The notes: generated by a model not told the origin, from the sequence alone. 64,000 nt of DNA from Eledone cirrhosa (GCA_964016885.1 OZ024756.1:17670001-17734000), one strand, 5' to 3'. Shown: positions 42,060 to 57,985, counted from the stretch's first letter. Program-made: numbers and translations.

Positions 42060-42769
42060 TATGCATAAGATAAAAATCTCTTTAGCTTCGCTCGCAGACT
42101 CACATAATTGCGTGTGTGCATCTCGGATCGAAGCTAGAGAGATTTTCATCTTAGTCAATGGGAGGTCACTCCTATTTCCTGTCTGAAGTTATTTCCCTTG
42201 TTATAGACGGCCATTTTGTACGCCCCCATCAATGTATATAAAAGGTCTACTTCTCCATCTGAAAGCTGATCCGACTGCACTTAATTGGTTCTGATCAAAT
42301 TCTCTGGTAGATATTACCCGAGTTAACGCTGCGAGCGTGCTGACTTGCCTCAAAAATTATCAGAGAAGTTTTCCAGTGTTCCTCGCGATATCGTTATCTT
42401 TTGCTCTGGTAGCGGTTCGTTTGTCCAGTCCTTCCGCCTGCCCCTTGTATGTGGTCCTAGACATGTGTAATAACTGCTTGTGTGTGTGTTTTTTTTCTTT
42501 TTTTTTCTATCCCTTTTTTATTTGTAATATTATGATGACGGATATGTTTACAAATAAAATTACAAATATTTCCGTTTATATCTTCGTTCACCATTATATG
42601 GTATAAACATAAATGTCCTGATAATGTTAGTTGTTGTTGCAGAGAATCAACATGAAAATAAAAGACCAAGCAGGAAAATCAAAGTTATTGTCTGAAAACA
42701 TTTCTAACGAATGCGAACGTAGCAATATGACCGCCAGAAACAACATCAGAAGAACGAGACAACGAAGGA

Positions 42770-43300
42770 GCCTGTGTGGAGTTGCTCGACTTGCTAGAAA
42801 TAACAGCCATATCTTCCTTAAATCAAACCCCAGTCTTTAAAAATCATTAAATATTATACACCTTGATATCGCATTAAAAGATAGCATTATCAACGAGTTG
42901 ACAAAGGAAACTCTACGAGGTCGTTCTACGTACTAGTAATAGCAGTCAAATCTCCCTCAAATCACGTCCCATTTTCTCGAAATTATTAGATATCAAAACG
43001 AAAGACAATGTTGTCACCAAACCAACGAAGAAGCCTTTACGTCACTAGATCTGCTAGAAATAGCAATTAAATCTCCCTCAAACTACACCATAATGTCTTC
43101 TAGAAAGTATTAATGTAGTTCTCAATATCAAAACAGTATTGTCACTGGATCTGCTAGAAATAGCAGCCAAATCTTCTTCAAATTATACCTTAATGTCTTC
43201 TAAAAAGTATTAGATAATGTAGTTTTCGATAACAAAACAAAAAACTATTGTCCCCAAACCAACGAAGGGGTATTTACCAGTATTGAACTTAACTAGAAAC
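42770..43300. repeat. Degenerate tandem repeats of GCTAGAAATAGCAGCCAAATCTCCCTCAAA (SINE-like fragment)
   Basis: About 5 diverged copies. Confidence 0.6.
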
Positions 43301-43774
43301 TAAATAAACTATAGCTTACAGCCACACACTCTTAGGGCCCACATTAAAAAAAATATTTTTATTTTATCATTAGCACTAAATCATCAAAAGTTATATATCA
43401 TCATCATTTTACGTCCACTTTTCCCTGCTTGCAAGGGTGGGATGGGAACTGATTCTGGCCTGATTTCTACAGCTGGATGCCCTGCCTAACACCAACCTCA
43501 TTTACAGTGAGTGCTGGGTGTCTTTTTTTCTGTGGCACCTCCACGACCACTTTACAGTGTGGGCTGGGTGCTTTTTTGCCGTGGCACCTCCACGACCACT
43601 TTGCAGTGGAATGATAGGGACCCCAGTCCTATCATCTCATTTCTACAGCTGAGTAAACTGGAGCAATGTGAAATAAAGTGTCTTGCTCAAGGAAACAACA
43701 CATTGCCCAGTCTGAGAATTGAACTTACAACCTTTCGATTGCAAGCCCAATGCTCTAACCACTAAGCCATGTGC

Positions 43775-43821
<47 letters not shown>

Positions 43822-45673
43822 GAGTGTTAAATTTTCGATACATTTTATTGAGGTGTGATGTGTGTTTCGCGATTGATCAGCTCAAGGTTCAATCTGTATC
43901 AATCAGGTCCAACTCTGGAATCAAAGGGTCAGCAGACTTCTCATAGATTCGGTATTATGTGAGATAAAGTGTTTACTGTGCATATATAATAATGGTTTCT
44001 ACATGTGGCACAAAGCCAGCAATTATGCCAGTGTATTACTGGTACTTTATTTTATCGACCCCGTAAAGATGGAAGGCAAAGTTAACCTTGGCGAGATTTG
44101 AACTCAGACCATAAAGGGCTGTAACTCTTTGCTGCAAAGCATGGCGTCCGACCCTCTACCGATCTGCCAATCCAATATATAATAATGTATATAGAGTAAT
44201 GTAAATGCTAAAGGGTTAATGTCTTCTAAAAAAACTATTAGATAAAGTGTTTAGTTCTCGTTATGAAAATAGAAAACGATATTTGTCACTGGATCTTCTA
44301 GAAATATGTTTGGAAAAATTGTTTGTGATGAGAGGCGTTCATGAATGAAGGTTCCACTGTACAAGTTAAATACTGGATCAATTGCTCTATCTCTCTCAAT
44401 CAAACAACTATGGTATTACTCAATGCAAGGAGCTGTTAAATCAGTAAAATGCTGTCAATAACGACATCAGACCTCAAAGGATAGAAATCAGTGGCTGGAA
44501 GTGTGTTGACTCTGAGAAGTGATAGGAAGAAAGATCTCTTTTTTTCTTAACACTTCTAGTCACTAGGGCCATGGGGCAGCCAGCATGTGGGGCCCCATAT
44601 ACTCATAGTAGTGAGAAATGGGGAAGGCGAGAGAGATGGAAGTGATGACAGTGGGAGGCCGGTTCCTCTGTGTTCGGACATGGTGTACATGTGTCTGTGT
44701 TTACTTCTATTCATTCGATATTATATGAAGACTTCAATTTTCATCCTGTTCAGTTACACCAGTGTTATTAAATACACCTTACCACTAACAACAACACATT
44801 TCTATCTTTTGAGGTAAATTTTACATGACGCCATCATTGACAGGATTCGCTGTTTTAACAGCTTCCTTGAGCTGAGTTTTCCCATTATCATACAAATTCT
44901 AATACATTCACGTCTCAAACTCGATAATCAAGATAACTTTGTTTAACTATGGTATTGATTTAAACCTTTAGCATTTACATTATAGGGTCGGACGCCATGC
45001 TTTGCAGCAAAGAGTTACGTCCCTTTATGGTCTGAGTTCAAATCTCGCCGAGGTTAACTTTGCCTTCCTTCCTTGCGAGAAAATAAAGTACCTGTACTGG
45101 GTAATTGCTGGCCTTGTGCCAAATGTAGAAATAATTATATTGAATGTGAGATTTTGATATTTATTTTGAAAACAATACCTTAACATCAGTATGAGTAGCC
45201 GCTTATGGCTGGTTGGAACAGAAAGAGGTGAGAGAGTTCCGGTCGTATACGGCCGGTTTAAATGTAAAAGGATTAATTCAATTATAACATCTCATTTTAA
45301 CAGAATAAAAAGAATAACAAAACAAAACTCAGTAAATTTCATAAACTCTTTATATATTATTTGAATATACATTTATAATTATATATTTGAATGAGACGTC
45401 AGTAGTTATGACTAGTATGGACATTATTCAACTTACAACTCTATACTTAAGAAAAGTAGAGTAGTTGTTATTATAAGATGTCTTCTCTGCCCTATGGTTA
45501 AGCTTTGGCTGCTTTAATAGCAAATGGTAGAAACAGTAGGACCTTAAATGTCGGGCAGAGAATCTTTATAATATAATTATAAACATACATACATACATGT
45601 GTATATACACACATGTATACATACACACACACATATATATATATATATTATATAAATATATATATATATATAA

Positions 45674-45722
<49 letters not shown>

Positions 45723-46346
45723 CATACATTTGAAAGTAGTGGCTAAAATATTTACTTCACCATTTGATATAAAATTCAGATTTTTTATATTGTTTATAGT
45801 TTCTGTTAAATATAACAGTTATCATACATGTACAATATTTTCACTTGGCCATTGGTCAAGATTTACTTTAAGGTTTGTTTCTGTCAAATATGACTTATCA
45901 TACATGTACAATATTTTCAGTTGGTCATCCATCAAAATTTACTTTAAGGTTTGATCCAGATTCAAGCCATGTCTGTTTTGTTTTGTATCTCTTACTTTTA
46001 TTAAACATTTTAAAACAAAATTTTGTTCATCCACTGCATATATTCTCTCCATATGTCCCATTTTGTTGTTGTCTATCAGAAACAAGGACACAATAGACCA
46101 ATGGTCAGATAACAATACTATCCAGATTGCTACATAGCCAACTATTATTTAATGACTTAAACTTTTGCTTTGCCAAGTGAGCTTGTTGACATTAACTAAT
46201 TTCTTTGCAAATACCAAAATATGGGTTTGGGATAAGTGCCAGCTCCTGATGATCTGCATACTAAAGTGAAATGAAGAATTCTTCATTGAGGTGAAAACAC
46301 ACACACAATTTTATATATATATATATATATATATTTAATATAGAAA

Positions 46347-46397
46347 GGCTTCTACAGGACTAGAACTGTTTAATTCGGGAGAAATCATCAGGAAGCC
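46347..46397 (-). ncRNA. Degenerate type I hammerhead motif
   Basis: Minus GGCTTC-CTGATGA-TTTCTCCCGAAT-TAA-ACAG...CTGT-A-GAAGCC; perfect 6-bp stem I, G12 mutated. Confidence 0.55.
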
Positions 46398-46808
46398 TGA
46401 TGATTTCTCTGTGGTTACCCCCGATTGAACCTGGGATAAACTTATATATATATACTATGAGTGTGTTCGAAGCGGTGTGCCGTTCAAAGGTGTTTTGAGG
46501 TCCATCTTGTTTTGGGTTGTATTCTAGAATTAAGGTGGCTATGGTGTGCAGAGAGTAAATAAAAGTAAGTAGGATCACAGTCACTGTTGTTGCATATATA
46601 TAAACTTTATTGGCATATAACAATTAATACAATATCGATATTGAAACAAGTGTTATATCCCAATAAAGTTTATGCATATGCTGCAACAGTGACTTCAACC
46701 ACACAAACGGGATCATGTGAAACTCAGAAGATCCCGTAAAAAGGTGAAAGCAGCGATTCTTTGCTGAAACTTTAATCTGTACATATAATAAATATTTGCT
46801 CTACGGAT

Positions 46809-46881
<73 letters not shown>

Positions 46882-47134
46882 CATATATACATATAATCCT
46901 TATCGAGCCCTCTTCGGATTTTAGTCTGCACATTATTATTACTATATATATAACCACTTCATGAACATATTTCTAATGATATATACTGTCTAAGTTTCTC
47001 AACACAAATACAATCAAGACTTTGGTAAAAATTATTAAAATAATTAAATTGTTCTTTATAAAGCTGTTGCTGGAATCTCTATATTAAAAAATCTGACTTA
47101 AAATTATGATTGAAGGGTTTAAAACAAGGTTTGG

Positions 47135-47550
47135 GTTTCATAGAACTCTTGCCAGTTTCATAGAACTATAGCCAATTTCATAGAACTAGAGGCAGTGCCA
47201 TAGAACTAGAGGCAGTTTCATAGAACTATAGCCAATTTCATAGAACTAGAGGCAGTGCCATTGAACTAGAGGCAGTTTCATAGAACTATAGCCAGTTTCA
47301 TAGAACTAGAGGCAATTTCATAAAACTAGAGGCAGTGCCATAGAACTAGAGGCAGTTTCATAGAACTATAGCCAGTTTCATAGAACTAGAGGCAGTGCCA
47401 TAGAACTATAGCCAGTTTCATAGAACTATAGCTAGTTTCATAGAACTATAGCCAGTTTCATAGAACTAGAGGCAGTGCCATAGAACTATAGCCAGTTTCA
47501 TAGAACTATAGCTAGTTTCATAGAACTAGAGGCAATTTCATAGAACCAGT
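47135..47550. repeat. 20-bp minisatellite (CATAGAACTAGAGGCAGTTT)
   Basis: About 20 tandem units. Confidence 0.92.
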
Positions 47551-47696
47551 TTCTCCCTCTCCTACACACAAAGAATAAGAATTGTTAACTCCTAAAACAA
47601 AATGGAAGAAAATTCCCAAGGTTTCTCTGCTGAAACCCACACAAGATTAGTGAGAGAGTGACATATATATATATATATGTGTGTGTGTGTGTATAT

Positions 47697-48040
47697 GTAA
47701 CCAGTACCATATATGGTAATATAACCACCAGTACCACATATATGGTAATATATCCACCAGTACCACATACATGGTAATATATCCACCAGTACCACATACA
47801 TGGTAATATATCCACCAGTACCATATATGGTAATATCACCAGTACCATATATGGTAATATAACCACTAGTACCATATATGGTAATATAACCACCAGTACC
47901 ACATATATGGTAATATCACCAGTACCATATATGGTAATATAACCACCAGTACCACATATATGGTAATATAACCAATAGTACTACATATATGGTAATGTAA
48001 CTAATAATACCAGTACCATATATGGTAATATAACCAGAAG
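47697..48040. repeat. ~25-29-bp minisatellite (CCAGTACCATATATGGTAATATAACCA) with palindromic core
   Basis: Tandem units containing the palindrome TACCATATATGGTA. Confidence 0.9.
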
Positions 48041-48898
48041 TGTACCTGTAAGCTATAACTGAGAAACTAATGTGGTTATCTCCATTAGTAAATAGGATAG
48101 TTGTCAGACACATATAACAACTTTGATTTTAATAACAAAAAAAAAATAAAAAAAATTGAGAAGATATTTGGTGTGAAATATTTGGTAAAAGTCAAATTGA
48201 AAAGCTTAGTTCAATGTTTAACCCTTTAACATTTAAGCCAGCCATATCTGGCCAGAACTCTCTCACCTCTTTCTGTTCAAACTGGCTGTAACCAGTCGCT
48301 CATTCTGATGTTAAGGTATTGTTCTCAAAATAAATAATATCGAAATCTCATAGATTCGATATATTATTTGAGATAAAGCCTTTACCATGAAAATATAATA
48401 GTAAATATGGAGTAATGTAAATGCTAAAGGGTTAATAGAATAAAAAAAAAAGAAGAATAAAAGCTAGAAGGTGTGTTTGAGGACTTTGCGCCCACAACCA
48501 ACTTCCTCAGGAATAAGTGGTCAAAGAAGAAGAAGAAAGCTCTTTTGTTTTTATCAATGTGACAAATGTCTAGTAGTCATATGTTTCTCCATTTTTTAGA
48601 GTTCCTGAGTTCCTGGTAAAAGTATGGGACATTGTGGTCTCTCTCCTATCTAAATTCTAGGGCCTCACACTCACTTAAATCCAGAAATATGTATGAACTA
48701 GATTTTGTTCGGAATATACCAACAGATCCATTTTCTTAACAGTTTCCACTTCAGATAGCAGCAGAGGAACAGGGATGCAAGGTTTAAAACTTTAGAAGAG
48801 GTTTTAGAGGAGAATGCGTGGAGGGAGGAAAGGAGTGGGGGAGGGAAAGTAAACAAAACAAGGTACCAAAAAATGTTTAGGGAGCATTAGGTTGGAGG

Positions 48899-49885
<987 letters not shown>

Positions 49886-49958
49886 TTATATATACATTAT
49901 CATTATCATCATCATCATCGTTTAACGTCCATCTTCCACGCTAGCATGGGTTTGGACG

Positions 49959-49989
<31 letters not shown>

Positions 49990-50323
49990 TCTATTGTATT
50001 ATATTACATTCTGAGTTCAAATCCCACCAAGGTTAACTTTGCCTTTCATCCTTACGGGGTCGATAAAATAAAGTACCAGTAATACACTGGGTTATTGCTG
50101 GCCTTGTGCCTAACGTAGAAACAATTATATTACATATATATATATATATTTTATTATATTATATATATACTCTATTATATTATATATATATTCTATTATA
50201 TTATATATATATATATACTCTTTTTCATCCTTACAGGGTCGATAAAATAAAGTACCAGTAATGCACTGAGATAATTGCTGGCCTTGTGCCAAATGTAGAA
50301 ACAATTATATTATATATATACTC

Positions 50324-50365
<42 letters not shown>

Positions 50366-50693
50366 TCTATTACATTATATATATATTCTATTATAATATA
50401 TATATATATTCTATTATATATATATATATTCTATTATATATATATATATATATTATATTATATATATATATATTATATTATATATATATATATTCTATTA
50501 TATATATTATATTATATATATATATATTATATTATATATATTCTATTATATATATATATATTCTATTATATATATATATATTCTATTATATATATATATA
50601 TATTCTATTATATATATATATATATTCTATTATATATATATATATATTCTATTATATATATATATATATTCTATTATATATATATATATATTC

Positions 50694-50765
<72 letters not shown>

Positions 50766-51979
50766 TATTATATATATATGTCATTTCATCATCATCATCA
50801 TTTCATTTTACGTCCACTTTTCCCTGCTTGCAAGGGTGGGACGGGAACTGATTCTGGCTTGATGCCCTTCCTAACACCAACCTCATTTTTACAGCTGAGT
50901 AAACTGGAACAATGTGAAATAAAGTGTCTTGCTCAAGGAAACAACACATTGAACTCACAACCTTTCGATTGCAAGGCCAATGCTCTAACCACTAAACCAT
51001 GTGCCTCCATATATATATATATATAATAGAAAAAACGAGCGTGTTTCGTTTACATATAGTGGTGTTGGGTCTATGACTCCTATGGGTTACCTTGAGCCAC
51101 CCTTCTGTGAAACGCGCGTAACAGGTCAATATACAATGAATATCTTTTATACGTAAACGAAACGTTCATCATTTTTTTTCTTTTATATACACTCTGCCTG
51201 TGTATAGAGTGCTTGATTTGGTATCAATACCAGTAATTCACTGTACTACCCAATATATATCATCATCATTGATCATTTCATTTTACGTCCACTTTTTCCC
51301 TGCTTGCAAGGGTGGGACGGGAACTGATTTTGGCTTGATTTCTACAGCTGGATGCCCTTCCTAACACCAACCTCATTTACAGTGAGTGCTGGGCGCTTTT
51401 TTGTCGTGGCACCTCCGCGACCACTTTGCAGTGGAATGATAGGGACCCCAGTCTGTATCATCTCATTTCTACAGCTGAGTAAACTGGAGCAATGTGAAAT
51501 AAAGTGTCTTGTTCAAAGAAACAACACATCACCGTGTCTGAGAATTGAACTCACAACCTTTCGATTGCAAGGCCAATGCTCTAACCACTAAGCCATGTAT
51601 ATATATATATACCTTGCACACTTGCACCTCTCTAAGACAATGTCACTGGATTGAGATCTTTACCGTAGAGAACCTGCCAGATAGTCTTATATGAGTGAGA
51701 CACGGTCACCCGACCAATCTTGCTTCAAGTGGGACAACTCCCGTCTAACCCTTGCTAGCGAGGAAGATAGACGTTAAATGATGATGATGATGATGATGAT
51801 GTGTTTATATATATATATGTATGTAAAAGGTAAACACAAATAACAAAATAAATGGAAGGAATATATTAGTTTAATGATTAAAATAGCAGGAAGAGGGTTT
51901 TGCTAGTCCTTCATCAGAAGAAAGAACTAAGGTAACCCAAAACGCTATCACATTTACCTTTATATATAAATATATATAT

Positions 51980-53125
51980 CAACATCATCATTGTTTAACA
52001 TCTATCTTTCATGCTAGCTTGGGTTAGACGGGAGTTGCCCACTTGAGGCAAGATTAGTCGGGTGACCATGTCTCGCTTGTATAGGACTATCTGGCAGGTT
52101 TTCTACGGCTGGATGCCCTTCCTAACACCAACCACATTTACAGTGTGGACTGGGAGCTTTTTACCGTGTTACCTACACAACCAAATTACAGCGTAGACTG
52201 TGTTTTTTTGTCGTGACAAATACACGATCTCATTAATTTGGACTGGATGTTGTGGTACCAACATAACTTTATAGAGAAAGGGTCGTGTTGGTGGGAGTGG
52301 GAGGATGGAGTAGGGATAGTGAGTTGGGGTGTATGTTTGGTTTGGAGGGGCCTACTGACTGTAGGTTAACTTTGCATGTAAGGAAGGCGGGTCTTCTGTA
52401 TTACTGCGTCGTGCCAAAGATCTCGATCCAGTGACATTGTCTTAGAGAGGTGCAAGTGTGCAAGGTCGGAATTTATCATGTCGTCCCAGGAATTTCTGGG
52501 TCTACCTACTCCATAACTTCCATCAAAATTGATCGCCCTGCACTTTTTTATACAGCTGTCGTCTTTCATGCGCATCACGTGACCATACCAATGTAAACTT
52601 CTCTCAAGTAAACAGCATCTGATCCCTCTTATTCCAAATTTCTCACTTAGTTCATTTATGTTTGCCGTTCGCATATATTAATATTACACATCCAACGGAG
52701 CATGCAAGCTTCGTTCTTTTCAAGTCTGTGCAGGTCCTCTGCACACAATGCCCATGTCTCACTGCCATGTAACATTGCTGTTTGTATACAAGCATCATAT
52801 AATCTGCCTTTCATTTTTAGAAAGAAACCTTTTGTGGCCAACAGTGGTATAAGCTCTCTGAACTTTTTCCATCCCGTTCTAACTCTGGCTACTGTACTTT
52901 CAGAGCACCCTCCACCACTGCTGATTTTGTCACCCAGGTAACGGAAAGTGTCCACTATTTCTATAGAACCATCTGGGCAATAGAAGGAGCAAGTATCCTG
53001 TGGGCACTTGCTACTTATTGCACCTGAGCATCGGCTACATATAAAATCTACGTTCATAGATAGTTTACCTCTGATCACACTACATCTTTTATGTACCCAT
53101 AGTTTGCATTTGGGACATAGAATGG
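51980..53125 (-). mobile_element. RTE-clade LINE 3' fragment with 3' UTR
   Basis: FRYLGDKIS, KGRLYDACIQTAMLHGSETW, MLRWMC, WYGHVMRM, GRPRNSW. The stop is followed by a UTR ending in a GAT-repeat tail. Confidence 0.88.
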
Positions 53126-53197
<72 letters not shown>

Positions 53198-53580
53198 ATC
53201 ATCATCATCATCATCATCGTTTAACGTCCGTGTTCCATGCTTGCATGGGTTTGGACGGAGGGTTTTCCCACTTGAGGCAAGAGTGGTTATCTTGCTCACA
53301 TAGGACTATCTGGCGGGTTTTCTACAGCTGGATGCCCTTCCTAACACCAACCACATTTACAGTGTGGGGCTGGGAGGTTTTTACCGTGTTGCTGACACGG
53401 CCACATTACAGCGTGAACTGTGTGTTTTTTTGACGTGACACCTACACGATCTCATTTGTTTCGGCCTGGATGTTGTGGCACCAACATAACTTTACATTGA
53501 AAGGGGCGGTGTGGATGGGGTGGGGGTGGTGGGACGGGGGTGTATTTTGTTAGAGATGCCTACTGACTGTAGTAGGTTTT
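53198..53580 (-). mobile_element. RTE 3'-UTR-only copy (another on + at 20650-20990; shorter 3' pieces at 51660-51800 and 58880-59090)
   Basis: Homologous to 51980-52365; ends ACGTTAAACGATGATGAT in element orientation. Confidence 0.75.
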
Positions 53581-53589
53581 ACTTTGTTG

Positions 53590-53628
<39 letters not shown>

Positions 53629-53789
53629 TACATACATACACATACACATATATATTATCATCATCATTTAATGTCCACTTTCATTGGACAAGTCTTCACA
53701 GGTCATGTCAGAACTGAAGCAGGACTACTGACCTCCCAGACAGGAAAAATAAGCACTGGGATAGATATGATCAAGTAAAAATCATTTTC

Positions 53790-55070
53790 AGGTGGTGCAC
53801 CAGCATGGCCACAGTGCAATGACTGAAATCAGTAATACTATCAGAGCGACATCTTTGAATGTGGTGCTCAAGCATGGCCACGGTGCAATAACTAAAACCA
53901 GTAAAACAGTATCACAGAGCGACATCTTTGAATGTGTTGCTCCAGCGTGGCCACGGTGCAATAACTAAAACCAGTAAAACAGTATCACAGAGCGACATCT
54001 TTGAATGTGATGCTCCAGCGTGGCCACGGTGCAATAACTAAAACCAGTAAAACAGTATCACAGAGCGACATCTTTGAATGTGTTGCTCCAGCGTGGCCAC
54101 GGTGCAATAACTAAAACCAGTAAAACAGTATCACAGAGCGACATCTTTGAATGTGATGCTCCAGCATGGCCACGGTGCAATAACTAAAACCAGTAAAACA
54201 GTATCACAGAGCGACATCTTTGAATGTGGTGCTCCAGCATGGCCACGGTGCAATAACTAAAACCAGTAAAACAGTATCACAGAGCGACATCTTTGAATGT
54301 GGTGCTCCAGCATGGCCACGGTGCAATAACTAAAACCAGTAAAACAGTATCACAGAGCGACATCTTTGAATGTGATGCTCCAGCATGGCCACGGTGCAAT
54401 AACTAAAACCAGTAAAACGGTATCACAGAGCGACATCTTTGAATGTGATGCTCCAGCATGGCCACGGTGCAATAACTAAAACCAGTAAAACGGTATCACA
54501 GAGCGACATCTTTGAATGTGATGCTCCAGCATGGCCACGGTGCAATAACTAAAACCAGTAAAACGGTATCACAGAGCGACATCTTTGAATGTGGTGCTCC
54601 AGCATGGCCACGGTGCAATAACTAAAACCAGTAAAACTATCACAGAGCGACATCTTTGAATGTGGTGCTCCAGCATGGCCACGGTGCAATAACTAAAACC
54701 AGTAAAACAGTATCACAGAGCAACATCTTTGAATGTGGTGCTCCAGCATGGCCACGGTGCAATAACTAAAACCAGTAAAACTATCACAGAGCGACATCTT
54801 TGAATGTGGTGCTCCAGCATGGCCACGGTGCAATAACTAAAACCAGTAAAACAGTATCACAGAGCAACATCTTTGAATGTGGTGCTCCAGCATGGCCACG
54901 GTGCAATAACTAAAACCAGTAAAACAGTATCACAGAGCAACATCTTTGAATGTGGTGCTCCAGCATGGCCACGGTGCAATAACTAAAACCAGTAAAACTA
55001 TCACAGAGCGACATCTTTGAATGTGATACTCCAGCATGGCCACATTTTAATGACTGAAACCAGTAAAAGA
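53790..55070. repeat. 73-bp tandem satellite, ~17 units
   Basis: Unit GCGACATCTTTGAATGTGGTGCTCCAGCATGGCCACGGTGCAATAACTAAAACCAGTAAAACAGTATCACAGA. Confidence 0.95.
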
Positions 55071-55799
55071 ATCCTAAGGAATATTATTACCTTTCTGTTA
55101 GTTGGGGTTCCTCACTCAAGCATGGGCCAGACAGTCTGCTGAGGGGAAGAAAAAGGAGAAAAGGAAAACTTTACATTTCCAGAAATATAAAATCAATCAC
55201 ACACAATCTTACACAAAATGTTTAGCCATCATCACACACACAATCTCATACAGCCACACCCACACACACATCTGACACACAGAGACACACCCTCATCTGG
55301 CACACACAGACACACCCTTATCTGGCACACAGACACACCCTCATCTGGCACACACAGACACACCCTCATCTGACACACACAGACACACCCTCATCTGACA
55401 CACAGACACACCAACATCTGTCATCCTCATCTGACACACAGACACACATAGACACACCAACATCTGACACACAGACACACACACCCACCCTCATCTGACA
55501 CAGACACACCCAATCTGACAGGCACACCCACACACAATCTGACTCAGACACACCCACACACAATCTGACACGGGCAGACCCACACAAAATTGACACAGAC
55601 GCAGTCTCTCACACGTACACACACAGAAACAATCTCATGCAAACATGTTTAGCCATCATCATCACCACACAAACAATCTCAGAGACACACATTTAACCAT
55701 TATCATTATCGCAATATAAAGCAGATAACCTTATACTAGTGACAAGTGTCTTATGGTCAGTTTCTCTGTTAAAGTAAAAGCTAGCTTTGCAGCCCCCCC

Positions 55800-56235
55800 C
55801 CCCATGACAAGCCAGCTCCATGATGCCCTATTGTTTGTCTCATCCCCCACTTCCAACTCCCTGGTCTTCATTTCCTCCTCCATTTTTGGACATGTCTTTC
55901 TTGGTCTTCCCTTCCTCTACTTCCTTCCACATTCATTTCCGTCATTCCTTTTACCCAGTCACTTTCACTCTTCCTCAACACATGACCAAACCATCTCAAT
56001 CCATTTCACTTCACAACATTCATCAGACTATTTCCTCTCACCCAGTCACTTTCATCCTTCCTCAACACATGACCAAACCATCTCAATCCATTTCACTTCA
56101 CAACATTCATCACAGACTCTATTTCCTCTCACCCAGTCACTTTCATCCTTCCTCAACACATGACCGAACCATCTCATTCCATTTCTCCTCACAACATTCA
56201 TCACTGACTCTACTGCTCTATTCTAGTCACTTTCA
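55800..56235 (-). mobile_element. Degenerate RTE fragment with local tandem triplication
   Basis: Minus strand reads RWFGHVLR three times, plus RGRPRKT. Confidence 0.55.
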
Positions 56236-56469
56236 TGAAAATCATCTGAAATTATTCCTCTTTTTGATAACTAGGGACAGGAAGGTGAGGCGAAACTGGA
56301 CCTAATTGTGAAAATTTTACCTTTTTTTTTTTTTTTAAAGTAAAATATTTCTCAGTTTTACTGAACTTGAAATATTGATATGCAGGACATAAACAAAACC
56401 AGACTTTTTTTCAGCCAAAGTGAAGACTTTATAGGCCTCTTAAACTTTTGGTCTGGTATGACAAGTAGT

Positions 56470-56840
56470 TAAAGATAGTGTATCTATGAGTTGTCAGGCA
56501 TGATATACCAAGGGGTACTGAGACATAGTGTGCCTAGGACTTCTGGGGGTCTAATGAATCTAGGAATAACTAGGCATAGTGTATCTAAGAGCATAGGGAC
56601 AGTATACCCAACATACTGAGACATGGAGCACTTAGGACTTCCGCTAGTCAGGCATTGTTTACCTAAGAGTATAGAGATATAGTGTACCTAGGAGTAGTGT
56701 GGCACAGTGTACCAAGAAGTACTGGGCTATAGTTGGGCATGCTGTATCTAGGTGTAGTGTGATACAATGTACCTATGTTCCAGTGTGACAGTGTACCTAG
56801 GAGTACTGGGCTGTAGTGTAACATGGTGTACCAAGAAATA
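56470..56840. repeat. Degenerate ~24-bp minisatellite (CATAGTGTACCTAGGAGTACTGGG)
   Basis: Diverged tandem units. Confidence 0.65.
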
Positions 56841-57174
56841 TCGATGGGCGAATTAGGTAAACATGGTCTGAAATGTTAATTATTCATCTGATCTGATCGA
56901 AGACCTAAACATGTCAACGTTCCGGTGGCTGGGTGGGGTGTTTAACTACGTAATATTATATAACAGTAACAACAACAATCATAATTACAACAACAAAAAC
57001 ATCATTGTGTTTATATAAAAATGCTGAGTTTCAAATATTTCTCTCTCTCATTATATATATATATATATATATATCCCGCCGAGGTTAACTTTGCCTTTCA
57101 TCCTTACGGGGTCGATAAAATAAAGTACCAGTAATGTACTGCGTAATTGCTGGCCTTGTGCCTAAAGTAGAAAC

Positions 57175-57212
<38 letters not shown>

Positions 57213-57318
57213 AACAGATTAAAGTTTAAGCAAAGAATCGCTGCTTTCACCCTTAACGGGATCTTTAACGGAATATTTATCCTCTTTGGATTTTAGTCTT
57301 CAAATTTATTATTATTAC

Positions 57319-57354
<36 letters not shown>

Positions 57355-57839
57355 TGTGCATGTTATATACTTAAAGTACGTATTATAGATTTTAAATTTA
57401 TATATATTTATATACGTGTCTGTGCGTAAGCCGCATTTACTCTAGACAGAGTGTTTTTATATACATGGCAATATGTGGTAACGTATTTTCATATAAAATA
57501 CTGTTAAATATAATGAGAATCTGACAAGAAATATTAAGATAGATACGTGAAATATGTGAATAATAAAGGACTGTTATTTACCTTAATAAATTACCAGCTG
57601 CTTTGACAGACAGGGAGAGAGAGATATAGATAGATAGACATAGACAGGGTAAGGGAGAGAGAGAAATACAAGAACGGTAAAGCGAGAGTGAGAGAAAGAT
57701 AAAGTTAGTGTGAGAGTGGCAGTGAGGGATAGAAAGAGTGAGTGACAGGAGGATTAAGAGATAGACAGAGAGATAGATACAAAGAAGTGAGAAGAGCAGT
57801 AAGAGATTGAAACAGTAAAAGATAAATGCAATAAAAGAG

Positions 57840-57985
57840 ACAAAACTCCAACTTGACTACGTGGTCAATATCTCTTAACGCTAGAGAGCGTCACTTCCTG
57901 AAATTTCCACATGTCATTAGTTTCTATGGCCGGTGTCTCATCAAAATAGGTCCCGCAAAGGCCAGATTTCCGCCAGATAGTGTCT
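57840..57985 (-). promoter_or_regulatory. Promoter-like island, probably the YIPF5 promoter
   Basis: Short non-repetitive CpG-containing stretch with overlapping ETS-CRE motif (minus CAGGAAGTGACGC, 57888-57900), ACGTGG and TGACATGTGG bZIP/UPRE-like boxes, and E2F-like TCCCGC/TTTCCGCC. Confidence 0.5.
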
